Source of the DNA: Azolla caroliniana | Taxonomy: Eukaryota > Plantae > Polypodiophyta | Direction of reading: 5' to 3' | Length of the DNA: 64,000 nucleotides | Assembly: GCA_043228905.1 (NCBI GenBank) | Contig: JBHGNT010000008.1 | Location: 7,812,001-7,876,000, forward strand | Shown here: piece after piece, positions 27,344 to 40,400 of the stretch | Numbering within the stretch: the stretch's first letter is position 1 | Layout of the letters: every line of letters starts with the position of its first letter | Translations under genes and position numbers: made by a program | Notes under the pieces: model-generated | Databases searched by the model: none | What the model was told of the DNA's origin: nothing | What the model saw: the letters and a program-made list of their open reading frames with translations, nothing else

Positions 27344-28190
27344 AGGAACCCACCCCGGCGATGTGGCCAGGCAGAGGTCCCAGGGTGAAGATGAAGAGAG
27401 AAAACCAAAAGAAGAAGAGGAGGAAGAAGAAGAAGAAGCATCTTGAGATGGAGAAGAAGGAGATGGAGATGGAGAAGAGAAGCAGCAGATGAAATTTTTT
27501 TGAGATAAGGGATTGTGGATAGCGCGTGCAGCCCTAGCCAATCGCCCATCTCCCCCCCCCCACACACTCTCTCTGCCTCTGTCTCTCTCTCACTTTATCT
27601 CTGTCTCTCTCTAATCTCTCTGATCGCCCTTTTCCTCTGTCTGTTTCCTTCTTCCTCTGAATGCAGAGTTCCTCCATAGCTATCGTCAGAAAAAATATTT
27701 GATCTTCCTCTGCGTCAGAGAACAGATTTAGGGTTTCCATTCTCTGATGCAGAGTCCCTCCATAAGCTCCCCACCCATCTTCTGAGAAAGAAGACCCATT
27801 CCTGCTAAGTGCCCCCCCCCCCCCCCCCCCCCCTTGCTTCTTCTTACCTAACCCTTTTGTTTTTTCCCCCCCCACACCCCACACCCCACTTCTTCTTCGT
27901 TCCTCCTCTGCATCAGTAAAATTATAGCGACTTCCTTCTTCTGATGCAGGGATCCCCATTGCTGATATTCCAAGAAGCACACATCACTCTTAAGTGCCCC
28001 TTTTTGCTCATCTTCATCATCATTCAAAATTTCTCATTTTTACTCTCAAAATTTCCTGCTTGTTGTGAAGCTCTTCTCTTCAGCTCTCTTGATTCATTAA
28101 TTCTTTGAAATTTTCTTCATTGATCTTGGTTTTTCGTTCCAAAATCTCCACTGTTTACGTTCACCTTTCCTTCAGTCTTTGGAGGCTATT

Positions 28191-31100
28191 ATGGCAGTAT
28201 CGCGGGCTTCTGCTCTTCTCTCTGATGGCTGCCTCCTAGAAGGTCATGAACACTTCTTCAAGACTGTGCACCGAATGAGCCCCCTCTTAAAACCATCTGG
28301 AACACTATTGAATGCTAATGTCTCATTTCCATTGAGCAGTTCTCGGCCATCGGATTATCTTTCGATTCGATCCTCAAGTTCTGAAATGCCACCAAGTCAT
28401 AAAGGAAAGTTAGCGAGTGCGGCTGCCCTTGAACAGTTGAAGAATGCTGCTGGAAGTAGTAAGTCCTTTTTATGCTTTTTTACTTTGTTTTGTTCTTATG
28501 AGAATAATGATGTAGAGGGATACAGATATTGTCTTGGGTTTGATTAAGCCTGAATAGAGTTAGTTCCATTAGGTATATTGGGTGGCTTCTGGTTGGCCAT
28601 AGTCTAGTCTAGGTGACTATTGAATGTGCATTTTTACTATAGTCATAAGTATATTTAGGAGGTTAATTAAATTCTCTGCTGATTCAGAGAGCCCCATTGC
28701 CTCTAGGTGAGCATTGGTTGAACATTTCTACCTGGTTATGTGTATTCAAATAGTTAGATTGTTAGAGAGGAAATAAGGCTAAATTAAGGGAAGTTAGTTT
28801 TTGGACGACCATTTTCTAGATGACCCTGGTCAGGACTTTTCTATTTTGTCATGAACATAATACCCATAACTATATTATCTGTTTGATGGAGGCTAGAATT
28901 AGGGTCATAAAATATCGAAAAGCCTTTGGATGGCCATAATCTAGATGAGTATGGTGTGGACATTTCATTTTTTTTCATGGCCATGCACATACCTGTATTA
29001 TCTGGGGTGAATTAAGGCTGGAGTGTCTCCGTTAGCTATTGGATTTGGTTTTTTAAGGGTTAAATAACCTTTAGGGGGGTTCATACCTTCTTGAACAAAG
29101 ATCCTCAATCTCAACTTCTCTTTACAGATTTAGTTTGAATACATTTGGTACATTCACATGGCTTGCATTTCATATTAATTGTGTGGGTGATTTATGTACA
29201 GGGTACACTAAGGAGAGGAGTAGTATCCTTGTCTTGGGTCTGAGTGTACACAATGCTCCAGTAGAAATGAGAGAGAAGTTGGCAATCCCAGAGGCAGACT
29301 GGCCGAGAGCCATTGCTGAGTTATGCCAGTTGCCCCATATTGAAGAAGCTGGAGTGTTGAGCACTTGCAATCGAATGGAAATCTATGTTGTCGCTCTATC
29401 TTGGCATCGTGGTGTTAGGGAGGTTACAGAATGGATGACCAAGGTAATCGCTTTTGTTTCCTAAATTTTGATATTCGAGAATCATTCAATGCTACTAGAC
29501 CTTGAAATTAGGAATCAATTATAAGGATAGGGATAGATCCTTCCACCATTAGAATGTGAATGACCTTGTACATGTGGTGTATGGATGTATATATTGAGAG
29601 ATTTTGTTTGAAGGCCTGGTGTTTGGATGTATAAAGGACTAATAGCTGTAATCTGAACCCAAGGCCAGAGGTTTATGAATCTGTAAAGCTCTAGCTATTC
29701 TCTTGTATACATTCTAAGGTCGACAAACTGGCATCCTAGCTTTATTCTGCTCACTTCAGTCTCTGTTCACAGTATTCACCTGTGAGAGGGTAACCACAAT
29801 TCTAGGGTCAACAAAGTGGCATCACATCAAATCTACATGTGGAAACGTTCTAACATAAGTTAATAATGTAATTATGAGTCATGATTCAATCAACTCTAAC
29901 CATTTACCTGTCTTGTCTTGAGATCTCAATCATGGTTCAATCAAGTTCTAAGAGTTTACCTGACTTGACTTGAGATTTGTTGCATTCTATCCCTAAACTT
30001 GTAAAGTAGTTCGATTATACATCACTTGCTATTGCAGAAGTATAGACCTGGGGTGATAGGGAAGAGGGCAGGTTCGAGTGTGTCGGTCTCACACTAAGAC
30101 TCATTGTTGAACACAATGTCATCTTATATGGCCATGGCTGAAGGTGAGGTGGACTCAGACCAATTGATCCACTTCTTATCCACTACCAGGCACCTCAAGA
30201 TCTTTTTGCACTTTTCTATTTTTTCATGTAATATCTTCATGTATACAATAAATTAATCGACTCATAACTTAAATATAACAGTTGATACGAGGCAAGAGAG
30301 GTCAGACATCATTACTGGCATAAGACCAAAAATAAATAAATATCCAAAGCAGGTTTTCGCGGTTTTCTTTAAAGCCCACTTACAATGGGACCTAAAAAAA
30401 CCCAAGTGCGAGTGGCTTGTAGGTGATGAAATCCACAATGGAATAAGTTTTGTATCAATTTAGGTAACTCATAGAAACTTCTGAATATACTTCAACATAA
30501 AATAGATGGAGTAATAAACACATCGTGTCTACAGAAAATGTGGATATGAAGCCTTGATCATCTCCTCCATTTACAATTGTTTGCATGATCTGTAATGATT
30601 TTGAACCACATTTTTTGGTCCAATGTCTGCGCTGACCTCCTTGATCTGGACAAATATCAACTCCCTTAGAATATGGAAGCGTACAATTTGTCAATAGGTG
30701 AAAAAAATTCTACCCCAATATCCCAAATGAGATATTGAAAATACGACCTGCCAATGAGGGTTCTAAAATATTATATATATCTTCCCTGTAATAATACATG
30801 ACATAGCTGCATTGCACACCTTAGATTCATGAATCTATGGCCTCCCTATGGAAATTTCTATACCATATGAGCATACTAACGTTTCTACTTATTTTCCATT
30901 TGGTCTTGCAGACAAGCGGTATTCCTATGGAGGAACTGTGGGAGCATCTGTTTATACTTCGTGACAAAGACGCGACCCAACATCTCTTTAGAGTTGCGTC
31001 TGGATTAGATTCTTTGGTCCTAGGGGAGGGGCAAATTCTAGCTCAAGTCAAGCAAGTCTTCAAAGTTGGCCAGACAGCAGTTGGGTTTGGGAGGAACCTG

Positions 31101-32033
31101 ACCGGTCTCGTGAAGCAAGCAATAACTGCTGGAAAACGTGTGCGGAGCGAAACAAGCATTTCAGCCGGGGCTGTTTCAGTGAGTTCGGCTGCAGTAGAGT
31201 TGGCAGCTGTGAAGCTGAAGATGATGAATTTGTCCGAAGCACAAGTTCTTATCGTTGGAGCTGGCAAGATGTCAAAGCTTCTGGTTAAACATCTGCTCTC
31301 TAAAGGATGCAATAAAATGACAATTGTGAACCGAACTGAACAGCGGGTCATTGACCTACAAGCCGAGTTCCCCGAGGCTGAGTTGGTTTATCGTTCACTT
31401 GATATGATGGTGACTTGTACCGGAGAAGCACATGTGATATTCACTAGCACGGCATCCGAGGTACCTCTGTTTTTCAAGGAAACTGTAGAAAGCCTCCCTT
31501 CAATCCAAGGCGATGTCCGACATTTTATCGATATTTCTGTTCCAAGGAATGTTTCTGCGTGTGTCGGAGAAGTATCCACTGCCCGTCTGTACAATGTTGA
31601 TGATTTGAAAGAGGTAGTGGCAGCGAACCAAGAAGAACGCCAACGAAAAGCTCTCGAAGCTCAAGTCATAATAGAGGAAGAATTGAGGAACTTCGAAGCC
31701 TGGAGGGATTCTCTTGAGACTGTTCCGACTATCAAGAAGCTCCGAGCATATGCGGAGAATGTTCGCATGAGTGAGCTTGAAAAGTGCCTAGGAAAGATGG
31801 GAGACGATGTGTCAAAGAAGCATAAGAAGCTTGTGGAGGATTTGAGCCGAGGCATTGTGAACAAGCTTTTGCATGGACCCATGACTCATTTGCGCTGTGA
31901 TGGTACCGATAGTCGAACGGTGAATGAGACTTTAGAAAATATGCAAGCACTTGAACGGATGTTCAACCTTAAGGCAGACATCTCATCTTTGGAACAACAA
32001 TTAAGAGCAAAGCTCGAAGAAATACAGAAGTGA
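28191..32033 (+). CDS. HEMA: Glutamyl-tRNA reductase (plastid-targeted), 3 exons: 28191-28458, 29202-29443, 30912-32033; 543 aa
   Basis: GT-AG introns with matching phase (A|GG rebuilds RYTKERSS; AAG|ACA). Motifs [16 protein letters not shown], catalytic [41 protein letters not shown]-binding [20 protein letters not shown]. Ser-rich N-terminal transit-peptide-like region. Total 1632 nt. Confidence 0.97.
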
Positions 32034-33699
32034 GCTCCGTATCACCTAAAAAGTTATCGTAATCATTTTCCTATCGGAAACCTATTAAGATTTTGGGTGA
32101 GAAGAACTATTTTACGAGCCATTTTATTTTTTCTCCGGTCTAGTCTTTTTGCTCTTTTGTATGTGCTGTTAATTCTCTTGAATAACACAACTCACAGAAT
32201 CCTGTCTGTACTGATTCTACGTCGAGTAGCACATTTCTATTGAAATTGTAACATACACATTATCTTCAAAATGGTCTCAAATTTGATCTTTACTCATGGC
32301 GCAACTCCCGGCATAAGTTGTAACTTGTATTTTACCATTGACAAGTGTTTGGGTAGTTTTGCTAGTTTCCAGACACGTAATTTACCCAATGCTGCTGTAT
32401 TTTATGTATGTTGAATGATGCCCCTATATCTTGTTTGTTTCTCAGCCGTCAATTTTTGTTATATACCCTAACGTGTAATTATACTACAACATTAGGTTTT
32501 AGTTTGTTAATTACCAAATTCACCGTTTCTTCCAAAAACATTACACAGAAAATGGCCGTGTTGTTTTGACACGATGTAAATGACATGGCTATAATGTGTG
32601 CTATGCATTTGAAGATTTGCCTTTTTGAATGCCCACTTTTGTAATTCCCAGACTTATGTAAAACTGAATTTTTCTGGGACACGTTTACTATTCTTATTCT
32701 CTAGGTATGTTAACCTCATTATATGTAATTATTTGAATCCAAATTATGAAGATCATAATCAATATAAAATTGATTACGAATTGGTATTCAAAGCCGGTCA
32801 ATGATATTATTAAGATTCCATATATATTTTTACAATGCCACATTTGATGCATCATTTCACATACCTTGGATAATTAGATACTCTTATCCTCTAGGATAAG
32901 TTGATTTATCAACAAGTAACTTATTGAATCCACCATCAGTAGTCAATACAAAGATATCTAGTATAAGAAGGCCTTATTGAATCCAAAGATCTCAATAAAT
33001 AATTTATTTGTCTTTATTATGATTTCAAGAGATGGCTAGATAATGTTAGGATTATGCATCCATTGGAAATCCTTAGAAATTGTACATAAACATTTTGCTA
33101 AGCATGGGGTAGATCATGTAGTGGATCTAAGCAAAGTATCTTTATGATGATGTTTCATTTAAGGAACTTGATCAATATATGTTATTAGGTTGCATCCAAA
33201 TGTTTTTGGATGTTAATGATTGAACCACTTGCAATTATGAAGGTTTTGTTGCTTATATTTCTATGTCTCTTCAAATTTCCTTAGCTTTATGTCCAACTAA
33301 TAGGTATGCTCTCTACGAAGAAACTCACCCTATATGTGTTTGGCTTTTCATCATGTAGAGTTGTAGGTTGGACACTATTTTATATATCCTATTGTGTAAG
33401 GTATAAAATACCATTAGTTTCCAAATATAGTTTACATAAGGCTTGAATGGCATGAATATAGCCATTGTATATTATCTTATATGCTATGAATCCTATTATA
33501 TGTCTATGTACTACAAAACTAAAACATAAAAATATGTCTATGTACTACACTCCTAAGGCCTCCTAGTTAGTGAAACATGTTTTTGTCAACCCAACCACAT
33601 TGGTTCAAGTCTAACTAATTGAACTTCGTTAAAAAAGAAAAGTTCAAATTGGGGCAAGACTAAAATGGAAATGGAAGCTTTAAAGGACATTTTTTTATG

Positions 33700-34690
33700 C
33701 ACAAAAAAACCTTTTTGTTTAAATATATGTCATGCAAAGCAACTATTAAACTTACCTCAAAGATTGGTAAACAATGCCCTAAAGCTCAAAAGTACATGAT
33801 AACACTTATTCAAAGATGAAAATGTACACGAAGACTTATTCAAAGAAAGAAGAGAATATGGGAAGTCAATCAAGAAATTCTCCACATCCAAGAGAAAGCA
33901 TATGCACGTGGTAAACATTGGAGAAACCTAAAAGGAAAAGATGTTGAGAGTTATATAAACGTAACTCGTATGATCTTGTATTCGTATTGTAAGTGCTTAT
34001 ATAAGCAATCAAATGTGGGAAAGATGACTTGTTATGATTTTGTTTCACATATGCTTTCTTTACTATTGAGGATGTATCTATAGAGCTAAAGGAATTAGTC
34101 AATCTCAAGAAAGGACATTTTCAAGGGTAACTACGCAAATGGTTGAGAATGCAAGCACATGCTTGGGTAAGACATATATTTGATCATAAATTGCAACATG
34201 ACATCCCTATAATTGGACTTCAAATTGGATCAAACCTTTATAAAAAGGGAAATGCCTAGTGTTAAACAAGGAAGCCTAGTCTCACCCACTCTCTTTAGTT
34301 TATGCATTAATGAATTTGAACAAATACTTAATGGTGTAAAGCAAAAATGCATCATAAGTTACCACAAATTTATGCGTTAAACTTATCATGCTTTTGTTAT
34401 ATGCGTATGAATACTTTACGAGTGTATTGGAAAACTTTTGCATGCATAATAAGTTTGATAGTCAATGGCTGCAAAATAAAGGTTACGTTAGTGATGACCC
34501 AAAATAAGGATACACCACGCATTGTGTACAATAGTGAGCCATTTGAAACCATAGAAATCTTTTTATTTATTATTATTATTATTATTTAGTACCTTAATCT
34601 TGAGGCTTCCTCTAATCATAGATAGATAGATAGAATGAATGTGCCACTTAGAAGTGGAAAAAACAGAACTAATGTGCATTCTAGAACTCA
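33700..34690 (+). mobile_element. Highly degraded non-LTR (LINE) RT remnant
   Basis: 34261-34323 translates to VKQGSLVSPTLFSLCINEFEQ, matching the LINE RT GVKQGCPLSPxLF motif; the rest is fragmentary and the boundaries are approximate. Confidence 0.55.
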
Positions 34691-35434
34691 TACAAAGAAT
34701 TAATATGCCCAAAAACCTCGATTTGTGATTTGAAAATTTCAATATGAACCTAGCGAATCCCTCAAGTTGTCGATTTGCAGAGCACTTGTTGAACTTGGCA
34801 TTTTATTGTGTAGATTACCCCCTTTGCGGGACAGAATTTTGAGAGAACAGTGTGATCCTCATTTGATCTTGAGCCACATGAACACAACTATGAATATTAC
34901 TTCAAGCACAAAGTTTAACACAAAAAATTGAGACTACTCTTGGTAGAATATCACACAATTCTCTTTTGTCAATAGGGATAACCCCCTTTCATGTGATACG
35001 AATAAATAGAAGAAGAAGAATTAAAACCCAAAAGAATATTGGGAGAAGATTTTGAGTTTTAGTGAAGTAAGAATTGAGCGACGATAGCCAACACAACCTC
35101 TTGAATCTTTGTCATGTTTTTTTCCATCTCTCTGAGCACATCCTTGGCGTCTCTCTCCAACTCTCATAGGAGACAAAGGAGGAGGAGTTCCAATCCTTAA
35201 TAAATTTCCACTCTTTCCACCCTAGAAAAGAGTAAGAGACTAGAAAACAACCCCAACTCTCAAGCTCCTAGGCAAGCCCAAAAGAAAATCCCCGGTAAGG
35301 TGATCACTTGCTCATTTTTTAGCACTTTGGAGTTTCTTAGAAAAAAATATTGGTGTCCTTTTATCATGCATAATTGCTTTTTCTTCTAGCATGCACCTAT
35401 TCTAATTTTAGTAAGGGCTTACATAAATAATGGT

Positions 35435-37390
35435 TGTTGGAGGAGCAACGGAAAGCGAACGAGCTGTTGTTTTTCTTGCAAAAAAATAGTGAACAACACA
35501 CAGGGAAAAAAAAGAAGACACAAAAAATGTTTTGGTGGGCTCACAAACCCTCGTTTCTTATTAGCTCATATACCTAGTGATAAATAAATAGAATTACCTT
35601 TTTGGCCTTTCTCACTATCTATCAATCTCCCACTAAAGGCCAAACAAGGGATCAATAAAGCTAATGGGAAGATTGGACAAGACCTACACATCCTACTTGA
35701 TGAGTATGTTACACAATATACAAAAACAATGTGTAACTTGAACACCTAAGTAATTCCCACCAAGTGATAACAATGCTCTTGCGTATCATGCGGTAGAGCT
35801 TTGGTCAATGCATATGCGACATTTTCTTGAGAGACAACTTTCTCAAGACTGATGTAGCCAACAACTATGCATTCTTGAATGAAGTGATATCGCACTCCAA
35901 TGTGCTTGTCTTTGTAGGGTATACTGGGTTTTTAGCCAATGCAATGGCACTCTAACTATCACAAAACAGTATGGGTACAAATTTAGGTATGCTCATGTCA
36001 CAAGCTAACCTAGACAACCATACAACTTCCTTGCATGCTTCGCTAGCTGCAACATACTCTGCTTCTGTAGTGGATAGAGCAGTACATTCTTGGAGACGAG
36101 ATCTCCAAGATATGGCACCTCCCATAAATTGAAAAATGTACCCTGAAGTGGATTTTTTGCTGTGACAGTCAGAACAACAAGCATAATCAGAGTATGTATA
36201 TCCAATAATGGATACATTTCCGCCACCTAAACATAGACACCTATTCTTAGTGCCACACAGATATCTTAATATCAATTTAATTGCCTCCCAATGTTTCTTA
36301 CCAGGGTTTGACAAAAATTTGCTCACAGCTCCCACTACAAATGCAATGTTTGGCCTAGTCGCTATCAACGTACATAAGACTACCAACAACAAACTGGTAA
36401 GGAATTTTACTCATGAACTCCTTTTCATGATCAGAATTGGGGCATTCATCATTGGTCAATTTAACATGCATAGATAGTGGAGTGCTCAAATGTTTTGCAT
36501 TCTCCATATTAAACCTCTTGAGTATTTTGCATGCATACTTAGATTGAGACAAATAAATACATCCATTACTCCTATCCCGAGTAATACGCATTCCACGGAT
36601 GTGTTTAGCATTTCCCAAATCTTTCATATCGAAGGTTTGACTCAAATTTTTCTTTAGTTTGGACAACTCATCCTTGTTCTCCTCAATGATTCCTAAACCT
36701 GAATACCATCATATTATGCAGGAGAAACATCATTCTGAGCATATTCTTGCTGAAAATCATCATTTTGCACATCATTGTGCTGGCATCATCATACTGACCA
36801 ATAACAGTTTTTCGTGATTGACCACATGTAAAAGCATCTACATCGATAAGATTTTTCTGTTTTACATCAACATATGGCATAATATCTTTAAACACAACCT
36901 TTCTCACTTCTACATCCTTTACAGACAATTTATGTTCTCATAAAAAACATCACTACTTCTAACCACAGTACGTGTGTTAGGGTCCCATAGGCGATATCCA
37001 AACTGCCCATCAATTCCGTAACCAAGGAATATACATTTTCTACATTTATAGTCCAATTTATTTCTTAGAGTTTTTGGAACGTGTACATACGCTTGGCATC
37101 CAAAAAATCTAAGATGAGCATAATGAGGTGTCTTGCCTGTCCACAACTCTTGTGCCACTTTTAGACCTAGTTGTGTTCGGTGATAGATTAATCACCTGGA
37201 CTGTTGTTAAAACTTCTTTTGCCCAAAAACCTTGGGAGAGGTTTGCATGGTGTAGCATAGAGACAACTCTGTCCTAGATGGTTCTATTCATCCTCTCAGC
37301 CACACCATTTTGGACAGGGGTGTAAGGAGCTGTAAACTCTCTCCAAATGCCTCTAGACTTACAAAAGTCACCAAATTCGTGAGAGGTATA
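35435..37390 (-). mobile_element. Old AT-rich Ty1/copia (family C), 3' part
   Basis: Integrase ([18 protein letters not shown]), RT/RNase H ORFs 36355-36666 and 35952-36392 (STTEAEYVA); probable short 3' LTR ~35435-35624 next to a PPT-like ATCTCCC. Confidence 0.8.
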
Positions 37391-37419
37391 TATTAGGAAT
37401 ATGTCCCTCCTATGGATGC

Positions 37420-40400
37420 TGTAGAGAATCGTGACTGGCCACAACTGGCTTCTCGTTCGGATGTTTGGGTGCAAGGAATGTAAAATAGAATGCACTCAGA
37501 TAGAGCACGAAAACAAAAATAGCACAAGAGACAGAAACACACGATTTTAACATGGAAACCCGAAATGGGAAAAACCACGGGGGTCTACAAACCCCGAGAA
37601 ACATAATCACTATGCTAAAAGGAGGAGTACAACTAGAAGCTCTGAGGCAATGACCTCGAGATTCTACTTCGTCAAAAGACGACTATAGAGTTACACATGC
37701 TCTCACTCTCACTCACTTAATGTTACGCAGTTACAGAGGCAACGACCTTCTAAGTAACCTCTTTAACCTCTTTAACAACAACTCATCATCATCATCATCA
37801 TTATGATTGCCCTAAGTACTTATACTAGTACACCTTTTGGGTTATTTACAAGTGTAGCCCATAAGAGCATATTTAGACTATTTACAAGTATAATCTTCTG
37901 AGTTGGCTGTCTACACAATTTCGGTTTCAGCCTCGACTGAGTTTCTCATCAACTCGGCTCTTCTCTTCTCATCCGGAGGGACCAGTTTCCTAACAAACTC
38001 CCCCTTCACTCTGGCATGGGGTACTGCAGCAATCCGATCTTCTGTTGGCACACGCTCAACTTTTCGGTTGGTAACACTTTAATCAACATATTTGATCCAT
38101 TTCGGCCGTGTGGACCTTCACTAGAGCGAACTCCCTTTCTTCTACTCTCTCCTGGAGCCAATGATACCTCCGCTGGATGTGCTTTGTCCTCGAGTGGTAG
38201 GAGGCATTTTTCGCAAGGTGGATGGCACTCTAATTATCGCAATAGAGTTGGAATTCTTCCTTCCGAATTCCCAGCTCACTAATAAACTCCTTCATCCATA
38301 CGATTTCCTTGTCGGCTTCCGCTGCGGCCATGTACTCGGCTTCCGTGGTAGACAACGCCATGACCTTCTGCAACCTCGATTGCCACGAGACAACTCCCCA
38401 TGCATACGTCATGACTCATTACGTATCCGAACGTGGATCAACTGGTATCTGCATCAACCGACATGTCCGAATCCGTGTACCCTTCCAATGTGGGGTTACC
38501 TGAGCCGAAACGTAAGACACACGCTCGAGGTTCCTTTTAGGTACCGAAATATCCATTTCACAGCAACCCAATGCTCTTTCTTGGGATTGCTCATATATCG
38601 GCTGACCACTCTGACGGCGTATCCAATGTCTGGCTTGGTACACACCATTGCGTACATCAGGCTTCCAACTGCCGAGGCATAGGGGACTTTTGATATCTCG
38701 GCCTTTTCGGTTTTCGATTTCGTACATTGATCTTTACTCAACTTGCAGTTCGTCGGCAGTGTCGAACCGACCGGTTTCGCGCCTTCCATGCCGAATCTCT
38801 GGAGCACCTTTGTCACATATTTCTCCTGTGATAGGCATAACAATTTCTTTGTTCTGTCCCAAACAATGTGCATACCCAGGATTTGCTTTGCAAGGACCCA
38901 TATCCTTCATCGAGAATGACCTGTTCAAGGCCTTCTTCAGTGCTCGGATCTTCATATGGTCCTGTTCGACAATTAGCATGTCGTCCATGTACAACAAAAG
39001 GATGAGGAAATCTCCTCCATCGAACTTCTTCACAAATACGCAGTGATCGGCTTGGGTTTTGTGGTACCCGTTTTCAGTCATGAAGGATTTGAATTTCAGG
39101 TATCATTGCTGTGGAGCCTGCTTCAACATGTACAGGCTCTTCCTCAATCGGCATACCAGGTTTTCTTTACCTTTCATTACGAATCCTTCCGGCTGCTGCA
39201 TATATATCTCCTCTTCAAGATTTCCGTGCAGAAATGCTGTCTTGACATCCAATTGTTTGACTTCGAGATCCATGGTGGCCGCAATGCTTAGCACAGTTCA
39301 GATGGATGTCATCTTCACTACCGGGGCAAATATTTCGTCGAAATCCACACCCTTCTTCTGTTGAAACCCTTTTACTACAATTCGTGCTTTGTATCTGGGT
39401 GGATTTCGGCCATCTCTTGGTTTCAACTTGTATACCCAGTTATTTCGGAGGGCATTCTTCCCCTTCGGCAGTTCGTATGTGTGGTTCTCATGCAAGGAAT
39501 CCATCTCCTCTTGCATGGCCGGTGACCACTCTCGGCTGTGGGTATCTTTCTTAGCTTCTTTGTAGCTTTCCGGCTCCCCCTCATCGGTTAGCAATACACG
39601 TTCTTCATCCGGAAATCTTCGGGGGGCTCTTTGCTCTCTAAGGGGGTATCTTCGGCCTGCGTTCAGTACGGTTAGTTCGTCTTCAACCTCTTCGTCTGAG
39701 TCGATTTCGGTTCCTCGTTTGGCCGACTCCCCTTGATCATCAGTCGTTTCTTGATTTTGCGGAGTATTAGATCGATCGATTGGTACGGGTTCAATTTCGA
39801 TCGAACCGTCATCTAACGATCCAACTGAGCATCGACTCGGCTCGATTTGGTGGTTGGAGACTTTTTCTCGTTCTCCCAAGCAATCATTGTTTTCTCTTCC
39901 ATGAAGACAATGTCTCGGCTCCTAATCACCTTCTTCTCGGCTAAGTCCCATAGCTGATAGCCGAACTCATCACTGTCGTAACCGAGAAATATGCAAGGCC
40001 GAGACTTCGGGTCTAATTTCCCCCTCTGGTCCTTTGCCACATGCACAAAAGCAAGACAACCAAACACCCTCAAATGTCGGTATGACACGTCTTTGCCGCT
40101 CCACACCCGTTGTGGAATATCACCGTCCAAGGGTACTGAGGGTGATCGGTTTATCACATATGTTGTTGTCATTAGCGCCTCAGCCCATAATGTTTTCGGT
40201 AATTTCGCATGTGCAAGCATGCTTCAGACTCTCTCCATTATGGTCCAATTCATTCTCTCGGCCAGCCCGTTCAGCTCTAGCCTTTTTGGCACGGTATACT
40301 CAAGCCGGATTCCTTCTTTTCGGCAATATTCTTCGAATAGTCCGTGGTACTCTCTGCCATTGTCCGCTTGGACTGCCTTCAACTTACGACTGGTTTCTCT

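Noticed and set aside
27286-27980. Minus-strand ORFs upstream of HEMA
   Set aside because: Low-complexity translations of GA/CT and poly-C tracts.
30070-30082. B-box-like GGTTCGAGT in HEMA intron 2 (and GGTTCAAGT at ~33602)
   Set aside because: No convincing A box or cloverleaf; could be chance or SINE debris.
30837-30911. ATG at 30837 as a gene start (also 29135 and 28179)
   Set aside because: The 30837 and 29135 extensions are intronic and 28179 is an upstream TTG; homology starts at the splice acceptors and the first ATG is at 28191.
34690-35430. Possible degraded retroelement gag
   Set aside because: No motif could be read with confidence.
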